Assembly (NCBI GenBank): GCA_020051075.1
Contig: JAGVJP010000083.1
Span: 1 to 41,419, forward strand
DNA: 41,419 nt
Direction: 5' to 3'
From: Parachlamydiales bacterium
Lineage (GTDB): Bacteria > Chlamydiota > Chlamydiia > Chlamydiales > Parachlamydiaceae
Positions 10,939-20,217 of this stretch are shown piece by piece. The stretch's first letter is position 1. Every line of letters starts with the position of its first letter. The notes beneath the pieces were generated by a model. The model was given only the letters and a program-made list of their open reading frames with translations, was not told the DNA's origin and did no database searches. The position numbers and the translations under genes are program-made.

Positions 10939-11324
10939 ACAGGATAGACAAAAGGGGCAAAACAACATAGACAAAAGGGACAAAACAGGATATGCAGGAT
11001 CGCAAGCGGCAGGATAAGCAAGATAGCGAGTCGATGCTATCCTGTCCACCCTATAAAATTGACAGGATGGGAAAGATAAATTTAATGAGGCTTTTGAAAA
11101 AAAATTCTCAAAAATCTGTTTTTTTCAATTATTACAACTCATTCCATATATAGAATCATGATGAATTATTTGTATCTTCATCTTTCCTATCCTTCCCATC
11201 CTGACATTAATTGTTTCAACTATCCTGTCTATCCTACCGCGAAGCGATCTTGCCTATCCTGTTTTGTCCCTTTGCTTATCCTGTTGTATGTCCATCCTGC
11301 TTATCCTGTTTTGTCTATCTTGTT
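10939..11324. repeat. CAGGATAGG-family palindromic element, copy 3 (long, with nested inner arms)
   Basis: Cores GATCGCAAGCGGCAGG and CCTACCGCGAAGCGATC; inner pair gacaggatgggaaag / ccttcccatcctgac. Confidence 0.88.
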
Positions 11325-11348
11325 GATTTTGTTTGGTCAGGAGGGCTG

Positions 11349-12470
11349 ATGTTTGCTTTTCACCGGATGGTCTTGCTTTTATCGGTCAGTGCGATCTTTA
11401 TGATGGGGTTAGTGATGATTTTTAATACCACTTCTGCAGAGGTATTAGATCACGCCCTTGCCAGAAGTACCCACCAAGCTCTTTTTAAACAGATTTTATA
11501 TGCTTTTGCCGGTTTGGCTCTCTCATGGGCTTCTTGGAAGATTGGCTATCGCCGGTTCATCCAATGGAGCCCTTACCTATTTTTCTTTCTTTCCTTCCTC
11601 TTGCTCATCATTTTAATCCCAGGGATAGGAAGAGAGGTCAACGGTTCGCGCCGCTGGATCGGGTTGGCAGGTTTCACGTTCCAACCCTCCGAATTTGTAA
11701 AGATCGTTGTCCCAGCGTTTTTTATCTTTCAGCTCAGGACCATTGATCCGATTCAACTTCAACTGAAAGGTTTTATTAAACTCATCAGCCTATTATCGGT
11801 GCCAATCCTGCTGGTATTAGTCGAGCCGAATAATGGGACTGCGGGTGTCATCGGTTTGACTGTGGTCGTCATCTGCATTTTGTCCCGCATCTGCCTAAAA
11901 TATTGGGCGCTGCCTCTTGCCTTAATGATTGTTGTGGGGGGGGTGTCAGCTTACCATCTCCCCTATGTCACAGCACGAATCAACGTCTACCTCCATCCCG
12001 AGCTGGATCTACAGGGCAAAGGGCATCAGCCTTATCAAGCCAAGATTGCAGCAGGCTCAGGGCAGCTTTTAGGCCGCGGACCCGGCAATAGCCTGCAGAA
12101 GCTGAGCTATCTTCCCGAGGCCCAAAATGACTATATTGCCGCTATCTATGCTGAGGAATTTGGCTTTATTGGAATCCTATCATTAATTCTCCTTTATATG
12201 TCGATAGGCTTCGCAGGCTTTTTCATTGCTTTCAATGCGACAGATCTTATGGGACTTTATTTAGGGTGCGTCATCACGTTCTTGATCTGCTTTCAAGCAT
12301 TTATGAATTTGGGCGTTGTCTCAGGACTGCTTCCCAGTACGGGATTAAACCTCCCTTTTTTCAGCCAGGGAGGAACCTCGTTGATGGCCAATGCAATCGG
12401 TGTGGGGCTGCTTCTGGACATTGTCAAACAACAAGAAATGGAAAAGATATGTCCAAAAAGCGGATTGTAA
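11349..12470 (+). CDS. ftsW: SEDS-family peptidoglycan polymerase FtsW
   Basis: NGSRRWI, FQPSEFVK, LPEAQNDYI, LPFFSQGG; GGAGGG RBS before ATG 11349 (the longer ORF start lies inside the repeat). Confidence 0.94.
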   Translation: MFAFHRMVLLLSVSAIFMMGLVMIFNTTSAEVLDHALARSTHQALFKQILYAFAGLALSWASWKIGYRRFIQWSPYLFFFLSFLLLIILIPGIGREVNGSRRWIGLAGFTFQPSEFVKIVVPAFFIFQLRTIDPIQLQLKGFIKLISLLSVPILLVLVEPNNGTAGVIGLTVVVICILSRICLKYWALPLALMIVVGGVSAYHLPYVTARINVYLHPELDLQGKGHQPYQAKIAAGSGQLLGRGPGNSLQKLSYLPEAQNDYIAAIYAEEFGFIGILSLILLYMSIGFAGFFIAFNATDLMGLYLGCVITFLICFQAFMNLGVVSGLLPSTGLNLPFFSQGGTSLMANAIGVGLLLDIVKQQEMEKICPKSGL

Positions 12471-13543
12471 TCACAGCAGGAGGGACGGGAGGACACCTCT
12501 TTCCCGCCCAGGCTTTAGCGCAGCAGCTATCAAAGGAGCCGTCTTCTCCAGAGGTCCTTTTTGTTGCAGGAGGGTTGAAGACAAGTAAATACTTTGACCG
12601 CTTGCATTTCCCTTACGAAGAAGTTTCCTGCGGCCCGCTGTTGTCTAAGAATCCGATCAAGTGCTGGCGGGGGTTAAGAGATCTTGTGAAAGGGATCAGC
12701 CAAAGTATAACAATCTTAAAGAGGGTTCGTCCACATCTTGTTGTGGGTTTTGGCAGCTATTATTCAGTCCCTACTGTATTGGCAGCCAGATGGTTGAATA
12801 TTCCTATCCTTCTGCATGAGGCCAATAGCATTCCTGGAAAAGCAAATAGCTGGCTCGCGTCTTTGGCCACTTGTGTGGGGATCAATTTTCCGGTAAGTAA
12901 GAACTATTTTAACGGTAAAGTCGTTGAGGTAGGTCTCCCCTTAAGGGAGGGGTATCAAGCTGGCGCTGTGGAGAGGGATGCTGCCCATCACTATTATGGA
13001 CTCGATCCCTGCCGGACGACGCTGATGATCTTCGGCGGTTCCCAAGGGGCTCATGCCATCAATCAAAAGGTGAAGGAGTGTATGCCTCTTTTTAAGGATT
13101 TATCGCTGCAGGTGATCCATTTTACCGGGAGAGCCGAGATGGTAAGAGAGCTCTCTCAGGGTTATGCCTTGCACAATATTCCCTCCCGCGTTAAAGTTTT
13201 TGAAGATAAAATGCAGATGGCATGGGCTGCTGCTGACGCCTTCATTGGCCGTTCCGGTGCCTCTGCAATTGCAGAAGCGATAGAATTTGAGGTGCCGGGC
13301 CTGTTAATTCCTTATCCTTTTGCCACCGATCAGCACCAAGATAAAAACGCCGATTTCTTTGTCTATGATGTCGGTGCTGGCTGGAAGCTGCCTGAACAAC
13401 AGCTGACAGGAGGGAATCTGTCGGAGAAGATATCAGCGCTTTTTTCTGCTGGACAGCTTTTCCAATTTCAGAAAGCGATGAAGAACTATAAAAAACGGCA
13501 ACATCAGATGACTTTGTCGGAGCTCGTGATGAATTTAGCTTAA
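12449..13543 (+). CDS. murG: Undecaprenyl-PP-MurNAc-pentapeptide GlcNAc transferase
   Basis: GGTGGHLFP, GFGSY, HEANSIPG, FGGSQGA, GRSGAS, HQDKNA motifs. Confidence 0.96.
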   Translation: MSKKRIVITAGGTGGHLFPAQALAQQLSKEPSSPEVLFVAGGLKTSKYFDRLHFPYEEVSCGPLLSKNPIKCWRGLRDLVKGISQSITILKRVRPHLVVGFGSYYSVPTVLAARWLNIPILLHEANSIPGKANSWLASLATCVGINFPVSKNYFNGKVVEVGLPLREGYQAGAVERDAAHHYYGLDPCRTTLMIFGGSQGAHAINQKVKECMPLFKDLSLQVIHFTGRAEMVRELSQGYALHNIPSRVKVFEDKMQMAWAAADAFIGRSGASAIAEAIEFEVPGLLIPYPFATDQHQDKNADFFVYDVGAGWKLPEQQLTGGNLSEKISALFSAGQLFQFQKAMKNYKKRQHQMTLSELVMNLA

Positions 13544-13560
13544 CTAAACGCAAACGCGCA

Positions 13561-13793
13561 ACAAGATAGGCAAAAAGGACAAAAACAGGATAGGCAGGAT
13601 CGCTTCGCGGCAGGATGGGCAGGATAAGGAGGATGGGAAGAAAAAAATAGAAGATAATAGTTTTTATCTTAGAAACCTACTTGATTATTCCTATTTTTTT
13701 ATCTTTATCTATCCTTCCCATCCTCCTTATCCTGCCCATCCTGCCGCGAAGCGATCGTGCCTATCCTGTTTTTGCCCTTTTTGTTTATCTTGT
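13561..13793. repeat. CAGGATAGG-family palindromic element, copy 4 (between murG and murC)
   Basis: acaagatagg...GGATCGCTTCGCGGCAGGATGGG / CCCATCCTGCCGCGAAGCGATC...ttatcttgt. Confidence 0.93.
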
Positions 13794-13815
13794 GTATTAG
13801 AGTAGGAGTGAATAT

Positions 13816-15162
13816 ATGCATTATCATTTTATTGGAATAGGGGGCATCGGGATGAGCGGCCTCGCTCAGATTCTCCTCAGCAGAGGCATGACTGTGTCAG
13901 GCAGCGATATTGCCTACGGCTCCACCGTTGAAAGCCTTGTGGAAAAAGGGGGTAAATTCTATTTAGGCCACCGTGCTGAACATATCTCTCCTTCGTCGCA
14001 TGTTGTCTATAGCACTGACATCAAAACCGATAACCCCGAATATCAAGCTGCCGTGGACTTACATTGTCCGTTGATGCATCGAGCCGATCTTCTCGCTCAT
14101 CTCCTCCAAGGCTATCATGCTATCGCTGTGGCGGGCACGCATGGCAAAACAACGTCATCGTCGTTGCTGACTTCCACCCTCATCGACGCTGGACTGGAAC
14201 CTTCTTTCGCCATTGGAGGGATACTCCCTTCTCTTCAGTCCAATGCTGCTCATGGTAAAGGGGGTCTGTTTGCTTTTGAAGCCGATGAAAGCGACCGTTC
14301 ATTTTTAAAATACTCTCCCGCTGCCGCTATAGTGACCAATATCGACAAAGACCACCTCAACAACTACGAAGGGGACTTTGATTTGTTAGTCGATACATTT
14401 AAAACGTTTATGTCGCAAGTCCAATCGACAGATCAGCTGTTTTGGTGCGGCGATGATGCAGCCCTTTGCCGTCTCAACCACCCCGGTCAGAGCTATGGAT
14501 TCAATCCCAATGCCGATTGGCAGATTACCAAATCTGCCCAAGAGGGATTTACCCTCAAATTTAACTTAGAACATCGCCGGCAACGCTACGATGCGATTCA
14601 AGTGCCGCTCGCCGGGAAACACAATGTCCTGAATGCTGCTGCTGTCTTCGCTCTTGCAATCACTTTGGGCATCGATGAAGAGAAAATCAGAGCGGCTTTT
14701 GCAAACTTCAAAGGGGTCAGGCGCCGTTGTGAAATCAAGGGAGAAAGAACGGGGCGGCTATTTTTAGACGACTACGCCCACCACCCAACGGAGATAAAGA
14801 CAACACTGGAGGGGATCCGCAAAGCTGTCGGCTGCCGCCGTCTGATTGCAGTGTTCCAACCTCATCGCTATACGAGGACTAGAGATTGCTTAGGAACCTA
14901 TAGAGAAATCTTTGATCATGCCGATGAATTAGTCATCACCGATATCTTTGGAGCCGGCGAGGCGCCTATCCCTGCCCTCTCTCATCAACTGATTATCAAT
15001 GAAGTGAATCAACACTCAAAAATCCCTTGCCACTATGTTCCACGAGATGAATTGGGAAATTTTTTGGTTGATTTCACACGGCCTGGCGATGCTGTAGTCA
15101 CCCTTGGTGCAGGAGACATCACAAAACTCTCTGCCGAGGTCCTTGGATTAATGAGCGAGTAG
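13816..15162 (+). CDS. murC: UDP-N-acetylmuramate--L-alanine ligase (stand-alone, no Ddl domain)
   Basis: HFIGIGGIGMSGLA, AGTHGKTT, EADESD, DDYAHHPTE, FQPHRYTR, TLGAGDI. Confidence 0.96.
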   Translation: MHYHFIGIGGIGMSGLAQILLSRGMTVSGSDIAYGSTVESLVEKGGKFYLGHRAEHISPSSHVVYSTDIKTDNPEYQAAVDLHCPLMHRADLLAHLLQGYHAIAVAGTHGKTTSSSLLTSTLIDAGLEPSFAIGGILPSLQSNAAHGKGGLFAFEADESDRSFLKYSPAAAIVTNIDKDHLNNYEGDFDLLVDTFKTFMSQVQSTDQLFWCGDDAALCRLNHPGQSYGFNPNADWQITKSAQEGFTLKFNLEHRRQRYDAIQVPLAGKHNVLNAAAVFALAITLGIDEEKIRAAFANFKGVRRRCEIKGERTGRLFLDDYAHHPTEIKTTLEGIRKAVGCRRLIAVFQPHRYTRTRDCLGTYREIFDHADELVITDIFGAGEAPIPALSHQLIINEVNQHSKIPCHYVPRDELGNFLVDFTRPGDAVVTLGAGDITKLSAEVLGLMSE

Positions 15163-15165
15163 CCC

Positions 15166-16017
15166 ATGCGCGATGATGAACTCACACTGAATCGATCCCT
15201 GGTCTGGATCTTGGTCTCAATGCTCCTGATTTCCGGTAGCGCCTTCATGGGATGGCACTACTACCTCCATGTACGTGAAATGAGGTTTAAAGATCATCAA
15301 TTTGATATTGTTGCTATTGTCCAACGAACGCCTCATAGTGAATCGTTAAAGACAGCCTACTTGGCAGAACTTCTAGGGTTATCTTTTGATCGGCCTAAAA
15401 ATCTCTATCAGGTCAACACAAAAGAGGCTGAAAGGTTGCTTCTAAACTGTCCTGTCGTTAAGAAAGCTGCTGTACAAAAAATCTTCCCCGGGACACTTTG
15501 CATTCATTATCGGATGTACCATCCTGCGGCCTATCTTGCCGATCTTTCTAATACCGCTGTCGATCGAGAGGGGGCGATCTTTCCCTTCCGCCCCTTTTTC
15601 TCACCTAAACGGCTTCCCACTTTTTTTTTGGGTCTCGATGGGGAAAATGTGCGGTGGGGGGAGAACTTGAGTGAGAAGGAGAAGGTTCAGTGGGCGTTTG
15701 ACATTTTGCACCAGTTCTCCTCTTTCCCTCCGAATCATCTCTTTGTCAAGAAGATCGATCTCTCTCAAATTGATGTCAACAGTTATGGGCAAAGGCAAAT
15801 TGTTGTGACTCTTGAAGAGCTCTCTTCAGATTGGATCGAAGCGTCTTCCCCGAAAAGGGAGATTTTTCTGAGGCTAAATCCGAATTACTATAAACAAAAT
15901 ATTGCCAATTTTCGAGCCTTATATGAAGCTGCCCGTGATCAACGGCAACCCATGCATTGGGAAGGCAAAAGCATCGTGGTCGATTTCAGAATCGCTCACC
16001 TCGCTCTTGTGAAGTAA
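15166..16017 (+). CDS. ftsQ: Cell division protein FtsQ/DivIB-like (CT764-type)
   Basis: Single N-terminal TM segment, POTRA-like P.VKKAAVQKIFPGTLCI, C-terminal VDFR motif, dcw position. Confidence 0.75.
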   Translation: MRDDELTLNRSLVWILVSMLLISGSAFMGWHYYLHVREMRFKDHQFDIVAIVQRTPHSESLKTAYLAELLGLSFDRPKNLYQVNTKEAERLLLNCPVVKKAAVQKIFPGTLCIHYRMYHPAAYLADLSNTAVDREGAIFPFRPFFSPKRLPTFFLGLDGENVRWGENLSEKEKVQWAFDILHQFSSFPPNHLFVKKIDLSQIDVNSYGQRQIVVTLEELSSDWIEASSPKREIFLRLNPNYYKQNIANFRALYEAARDQRQPMHWEGKSIVVDFRIAHLALVK

Positions 16018-16147
16018 ATTGACTGTATTTGTATAAAATCGGTCATTATGATAGGATAAATTTTTTAATGTGATGTGCGAATTTCCGTTGGTGCAACGTC
16101 TCGAATCTGAAGCACGGGAAGAGATATTTTGCAACTATACGGATAAA

Positions 16148-16200
16148 TGACAGGATGGGAAGGATGAGTTAGATCTGACAATATCTTTCCTATCCTGTCT
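16148..16200. repeat. Short degenerate CAGGAT-family palindrome
   Basis: gacaggatgggaaggat ... atctttcctatcctgtc; resembles the inner arms of copy 3. Confidence 0.7.
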
Positions 16201-16320
16201 ATCTAGTTTGAAAAATATTTACGCGAATCATGGGTGAAAGGGCGGCACGTAGAAGTATGAGACTGGTCCTGCATACGCAGACGTAATAGAGGCAAAAATT
16301 TGCATTAAGGAGAATTGGGA

Positions 16321-16659
16321 ATGAATAAGGAATTCATAGAAATCCACTGGACGAGTGGCAGCTTAGACGAGGCGCGCCGCGTCTGCCGTTTCCTAGTCCA
16401 AGAACGTTATGTTGCCTGCGCCCAGATTATCCCCTGGATAGAATCGATCTATCAATGGGATAACAAGCTAGAGACTGCCCAAGAGTGCAAAATCGTTCTG
16501 AAAACTGAACATGAGATGTTTGATAAGGTTAAAGAGGTGATTGAAGAGAACTGCAAGTATGAAATCCCTGAAATTTTGTGGGTTCCAATTGCAGGGGGAA
16601 ACAGCAGTTATCTGAAATGGCTGGAAGAATCGATCACTCATCGATCAGAGAAGTCATAA
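16321..16659 (+). CDS. cutA: Divalent-cation tolerance protein CutA
   Basis: LVQERYVACAQI, SIYQWD, E...LKT, YEIPEI; AAGGAG RBS. Confidence 0.92.
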   Translation: MNKEFIEIHWTSGSLDEARRVCRFLVQERYVACAQIIPWIESIYQWDNKLETAQECKIVLKTEHEMFDKVKEVIEENCKYEIPEILWVPIAGGNSSYLKWLEESITHRSEKS

Positions 16660-16671
16660 TCGATTCTTCAC

Positions 16672-17460
16672 TTATTGGCTAATCCCTTCTATTTTTTTGT
16701 AGCTCGGGCTTGAATACTCGACGTTTGGATCCACAAGCCTATAGCAGTCGTTAAATGGAGTTCGGTTTTCTCTTCGAAACTTGATATTATTTTCAGCATA
16801 TTGATTAAGCTGAATTTGTATATAACCTACCGGATTTCGGTTGTCTCGCTGAGCTGTTTTGATCATTCTGTCGATGCTTTTTATTGGCTGAAAGCACATA
16901 AACAGATCATTCATATAGTCTTGTCTATCATTCCAATTGAGGGAGCGTACAAGAGCACCGATAGCTTCGCGAAGGGTGTAGAGGGTGCGAGGCGCCAAAG
17001 GACCAACAATGAGCGCTGTAGCAGAAACAACTTCCATTGCCACTCCATAGAGCGGGGTTCGAATGATGTCAGCTAAAGATTTAAAGCTGTTCTTAACGCA
17101 CTGTTTGGCGATTTCTCCACCAGCTAGCTCATTCTTTTTTCCCCGAGCGATCGTTTCAGCGATGATGTGTGGGATCGAGATGAAGAATGCCGCATGGTAC
17201 AGAGTCTTCCCCAAAATTAGGACCGGTCGGATGATGCTATGGACGATGAATTTAACATAAATTTTCCGTTTCGAACAGTCTAGGTAGATGTCACCTGTTG
17301 TCTTATTGATCAGAGGAAAAAAATGATGCTCAAGTTGTGTTACATCACCATTTTCTTTATCTTCCATCCATTGACAGTCGATTCTACCCCATTTAGAGTT
17401 GACGCCTTCAGTATGATGGATTAAATGATGGATCTCTCGAGGGATATTATTATTGATCAT
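16672..17460 (-). CDS. Hypothetical protein, 262 aa, with two hydrophobic stretches
   Basis: Long ATG-started ORF in AT-rich context, convergent with cutA; no recognisable motif. Confidence 0.7.
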   Translation of the reverse strand: MINNNIPREIHHLIHHTEGVNSKWGRIDCQWMEDKENGDVTQLEHHFFPLINKTTGDIYLDCSKRKIYVKFIVHSIIRPVLILGKTLYHAAFFISIPHIIAETIARGKKNELAGGEIAKQCVKNSFKSLADIIRTPLYGVAMEVVSATALIVGPLAPRTLYTLREAIGALVRSLNWNDRQDYMNDLFMCFQPIKSIDRMIKTAQRDNRNPVGYIQIQLNQYAENNIKFRRENRTPFNDCYRLVDPNVEYSSPSYKKIEGISQ

Positions 17461-17585
17461 ATATTTTCTCTTTTTTTATTATTAATAAAGATTAATTATA
17501 AACTAATGATATTAACTTTTTGTAAAGTGAAAATTAAAATCGCACAAATAAGTGCTTATCCGAGAGAGAAGGGTAAAAGACAGAT

Positions 17586-17826
17586 ATGGACGAAAACGGA
17601 CTATATGGACGAGAATCAGATTGATTGTTCATATGAGGTTATTGCAGAAGTCCTTATCGTGCCCGTGCCACTGCCCGTGCCCGATTGCCCCTTTTTCATG
17701 AACGGACCTGAATCTATCATGCCCATCCCTTTGCTCGAAAAGGGACAATCAGGCACGGGCAGGGGCACGGGCACGGGCACGATTGCAATTAACTCATATA
17801 GTCCATTTACGTCCATTTTCGTCCAT
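17586..17826. repeat. Nested three-layer palindrome (ATGGAC arms > ATATGAG..TTGCA arms > GGCACG arms)
   Basis: 17586-17610 pairs with 17801-17826; 17631-17646 with 17784-17799; 17656-17696 with ~17737-17783. Confidence 0.88.
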
Positions 17827-18013
17827 TGCTCATCTAAACTTATGCAATGACCTTCAAAATAACCTTCATAATTGCTATTCCTTAAAGCTTCACGGTTAAT
17901 TTAGTTGCATTTTCACTGAGAAAGGGTTTAACATAATAGTAGTAAGGGATGGAGGGTTCTCCGGGGGATAAGTCAAATCTTAACTTAACTGAAATGACAT
18001 ACAGCGAGGATTT

Positions 18014-18367
18014 ATGAGCAGTAAAGAAGAATTGGTAAGGATCAAAAGTGAAGTAAAAGGGGAAATTTTAGTCCTTCAGTTGACTGGCCGCCTGGATGCT
18101 GTTTCTTCCCCTCAAGCTGAAAGAGAAGTTTTTGATTTCATAAACGAAGGTCATTACAAGCTGCTTGTTGACTTTTCAACTGTAGAATATCTAAGTAGCG
18201 CAGGCATGCGTATGCTCTTGTCTATAACAAAGAAACTCCGTACACTTTCGGGAAAATTGGTCATCTGCTCTGTTAACAGAAATGTGATGGATGTGTTAAA
18301 AATGTCTGGATTTGATCATGTTCTGGAACTCTTTGAAAGTGAAGACGACGCATTAAGACAGTTTTGA
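18014..18367 (+). CDS. rsbV: STAS-domain anti-sigma factor antagonist RsbV
   Basis: GRLDA, DFSTVEYLSSAGMR with phosphoacceptor Ser; synteny with miaA. Confidence 0.92.
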   Translation: MSSKEELVRIKSEVKGEILVLQLTGRLDAVSSPQAEREVFDFINEGHYKLLVDFSTVEYLSSAGMRMLLSITKKLRTLSGKLVICSVNRNVMDVLKMSGFDHVLELFESEDDALRQF

Positions 18368-18426
18368 GAATACTTCTCTTCCCGATCAGGGAAAAAGGTG
18401 ATGCATAACATAATAAGGTAGGTTGC

Positions 18427-19464
18427 GTGATTGGGAATATCTCAGTAGAAAATGAAGCAGTGAAGAAAATCGTATTGAACTTTGCCACTGAAGTGCAAAA
18501 GCATCTCCCAGAGAACTTCCAAAGGCAAAAAAAACGAGTCATCGTCATTTCCGGCCCGACCGGCTGTGGTAAATCAGATTTGGCGCTTCAGCTGGCTCAA
18601 CAGATCGATGGGGAGATCATTTCTGCTGATTCCATGCAAGTCTATCGCGGAATGGACATCGGCACTGCCAAACCCACTCAGTCTGAACGGCTTCTTGTTC
18701 CACACCACCTCATTGATATTCGGGATATCTCAGACCATTTCAATGTTGTCGATTTCTACTATGAGGCTCGCCAAATGTGCCAGCAGGTGCTGGATCGAGG
18801 CAATGTGCCGATCATCACCGGCGGCTCAGGTTTTTATCTTCATTCCCTTTTATACGGCCCTCCAAGCGGCCCTCCCTCAGTGCCGGAATTAAGGCAGAAT
18901 CTTGAAGAAGAGATCGAACGTCTTGGCTCAGAATCGCTTTATGAGCGCCTTGTACAACTCGATCCCAGCTATGCAAAAAGCATCACTAAGAACGATAAAC
19001 AGAAAATTGTGCGCGCTCTGGAAATCATCGCTCTCACTCAAAAACAGGTCAGTAAACTCTCATGGAAAGGGAGGAGGAAACCCCAAAATTATGATTTCCG
19101 TTGCTGGTTTTTGCATAGGCCTAAAGAGAGGCTCTACGAACGGATCGAGAAAAGATGTGAGAAGATGTTGGAATTAGGGTTCCTCGACGAAGTAAGAATG
19201 CTCAAGGAGATGGGGATCAAAAATAACACTTCTGCTTCGCAAGCCATTGGCTATCGCCAAGCTCTCGATTATTTGGAAAAGGCTGAACCAAGTGAAGCAG
19301 AGTATCAACAATTCGTGAACAGCTTCAAACAAGCCACTCGCCATTATGCAAAAAGACAATTCACATGGTTCCGAAAAGAACCGTTGTTTCATTGGCTCGA
19401 TATCGATATGCATGATCCTGAAGTTGTTTTAGAGATGATTAAAAAAGATTTTGAGCTTTTATGA
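18427..19464 (+). CDS. miaA: tRNA dimethylallyltransferase
   Basis: GPTGCGKS, SADSMQVYRGMDIGTAKP, AIGY, YAKRQFTWF. Confidence 0.97.
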   Translation: MIGNISVENEAVKKIVLNFATEVQKHLPENFQRQKKRVIVISGPTGCGKSDLALQLAQQIDGEIISADSMQVYRGMDIGTAKPTQSERLLVPHHLIDIRDISDHFNVVDFYYEARQMCQQVLDRGNVPIITGGSGFYLHSLLYGPPSGPPSVPELRQNLEEEIERLGSESLYERLVQLDPSYAKSITKNDKQKIVRALEIIALTQKQVSKLSWKGRRKPQNYDFRCWFLHRPKERLYERIEKRCEKMLELGFLDEVRMLKEMGIKNNTSASQAIGYRQALDYLEKAEPSEAEYQQFVNSFKQATRHYAKRQFTWFRKEPLFHWLDIDMHDPEVVLEMIKKDFELL

Positions 19465-19465
19465 T

Positions 19466-20005
19466 ATGAAAATCGTCGCTTTGGGAGGAAGCTTAAGAGA
19501 AGGCTCCTACACCTATCAAATCCTGAAACTCGCCATGCAAAAAATTGATGAGACGATCTCTTCCGAGCTCATCGATTTGCGCACATTGCAGCTCCCTTTT
19601 TGCAATGGCAGCGGCCATTATCCAGACTATCCAGATGTTGACCGACTCAGATCTGCCGTCCAGTCAGCCAGCGGCCTTCTTCTCGCGACGCCAGAATATC
19701 ATGGCAGTTTAAGTGGTGTCCTGAAAAATGCTCTCGACCTTTTAACTGAAGAAGATATTGAAGGTAAAGTCGTCGGCTTGATCGCCGTTGTGGGTGGGCT
19801 GCACAGTACAAGAGCTCTAGATGCTTTACGTGTGATCTGCCGTCAGCTTCATTGCTGGGTTCTTCCCGAACAGATCGTCCTGTCTCCTTCCTGGGAGTGT
19901 TTTGATGAGAAAGGACTGCTCAAAGATCAGCTACTAGAAAAACGTTTAGCCTACTTCATCGAACATCTGGTTGCAGCCTCTCATAAATTAGGAAAATCGA
20001 GCTGA
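19466..20005 (+). CDS. NADPH-dependent FMN reductase
   Basis: GSLREGSYT and TPEYHGSLSGVLKNALD flavodoxin-like motifs. Confidence 0.9.
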   Translation: MKIVALGGSLREGSYTYQILKLAMQKIDETISSELIDLRTLQLPFCNGSGHYPDYPDVDRLRSAVQSASGLLLATPEYHGSLSGVLKNALDLLTEEDIEGKVVGLIAVVGGLHSTRALDALRVICRQLHCWVLPEQIVLSPSWECFDEKGLLKDQLLEKRLAYFIEHLVAASHKLGKSS

Positions 20006-20217
20006 CAAACATTGCACCTGCAACAGCGGTCTTTAATGCCTAAATTCATAATTTTATTTACTTTAAAAGTTCTGATCAATATTATTACTGACTAACGAAA
20101 ATCGCTAATACCCTGAGTGTTGGGTTTTTCTTTTGAGTGATGAGGGTTATGCCAGATGTTGGTATATTACTAGTCAAAACGGTTTTACACAGAGAACAAC
20201 GAATTCCATATCTTATT

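Noticed and set aside
16029..17934. Possible promoters for cutA (TTGTAT-N17-TAGGAT at 16029-16057) and rsbV (TTGCAT-N18-TAACAT at 17905-17934)
   Set aside because: Plausible, but such matches arise easily in AT-rich DNA and there is no independent support.
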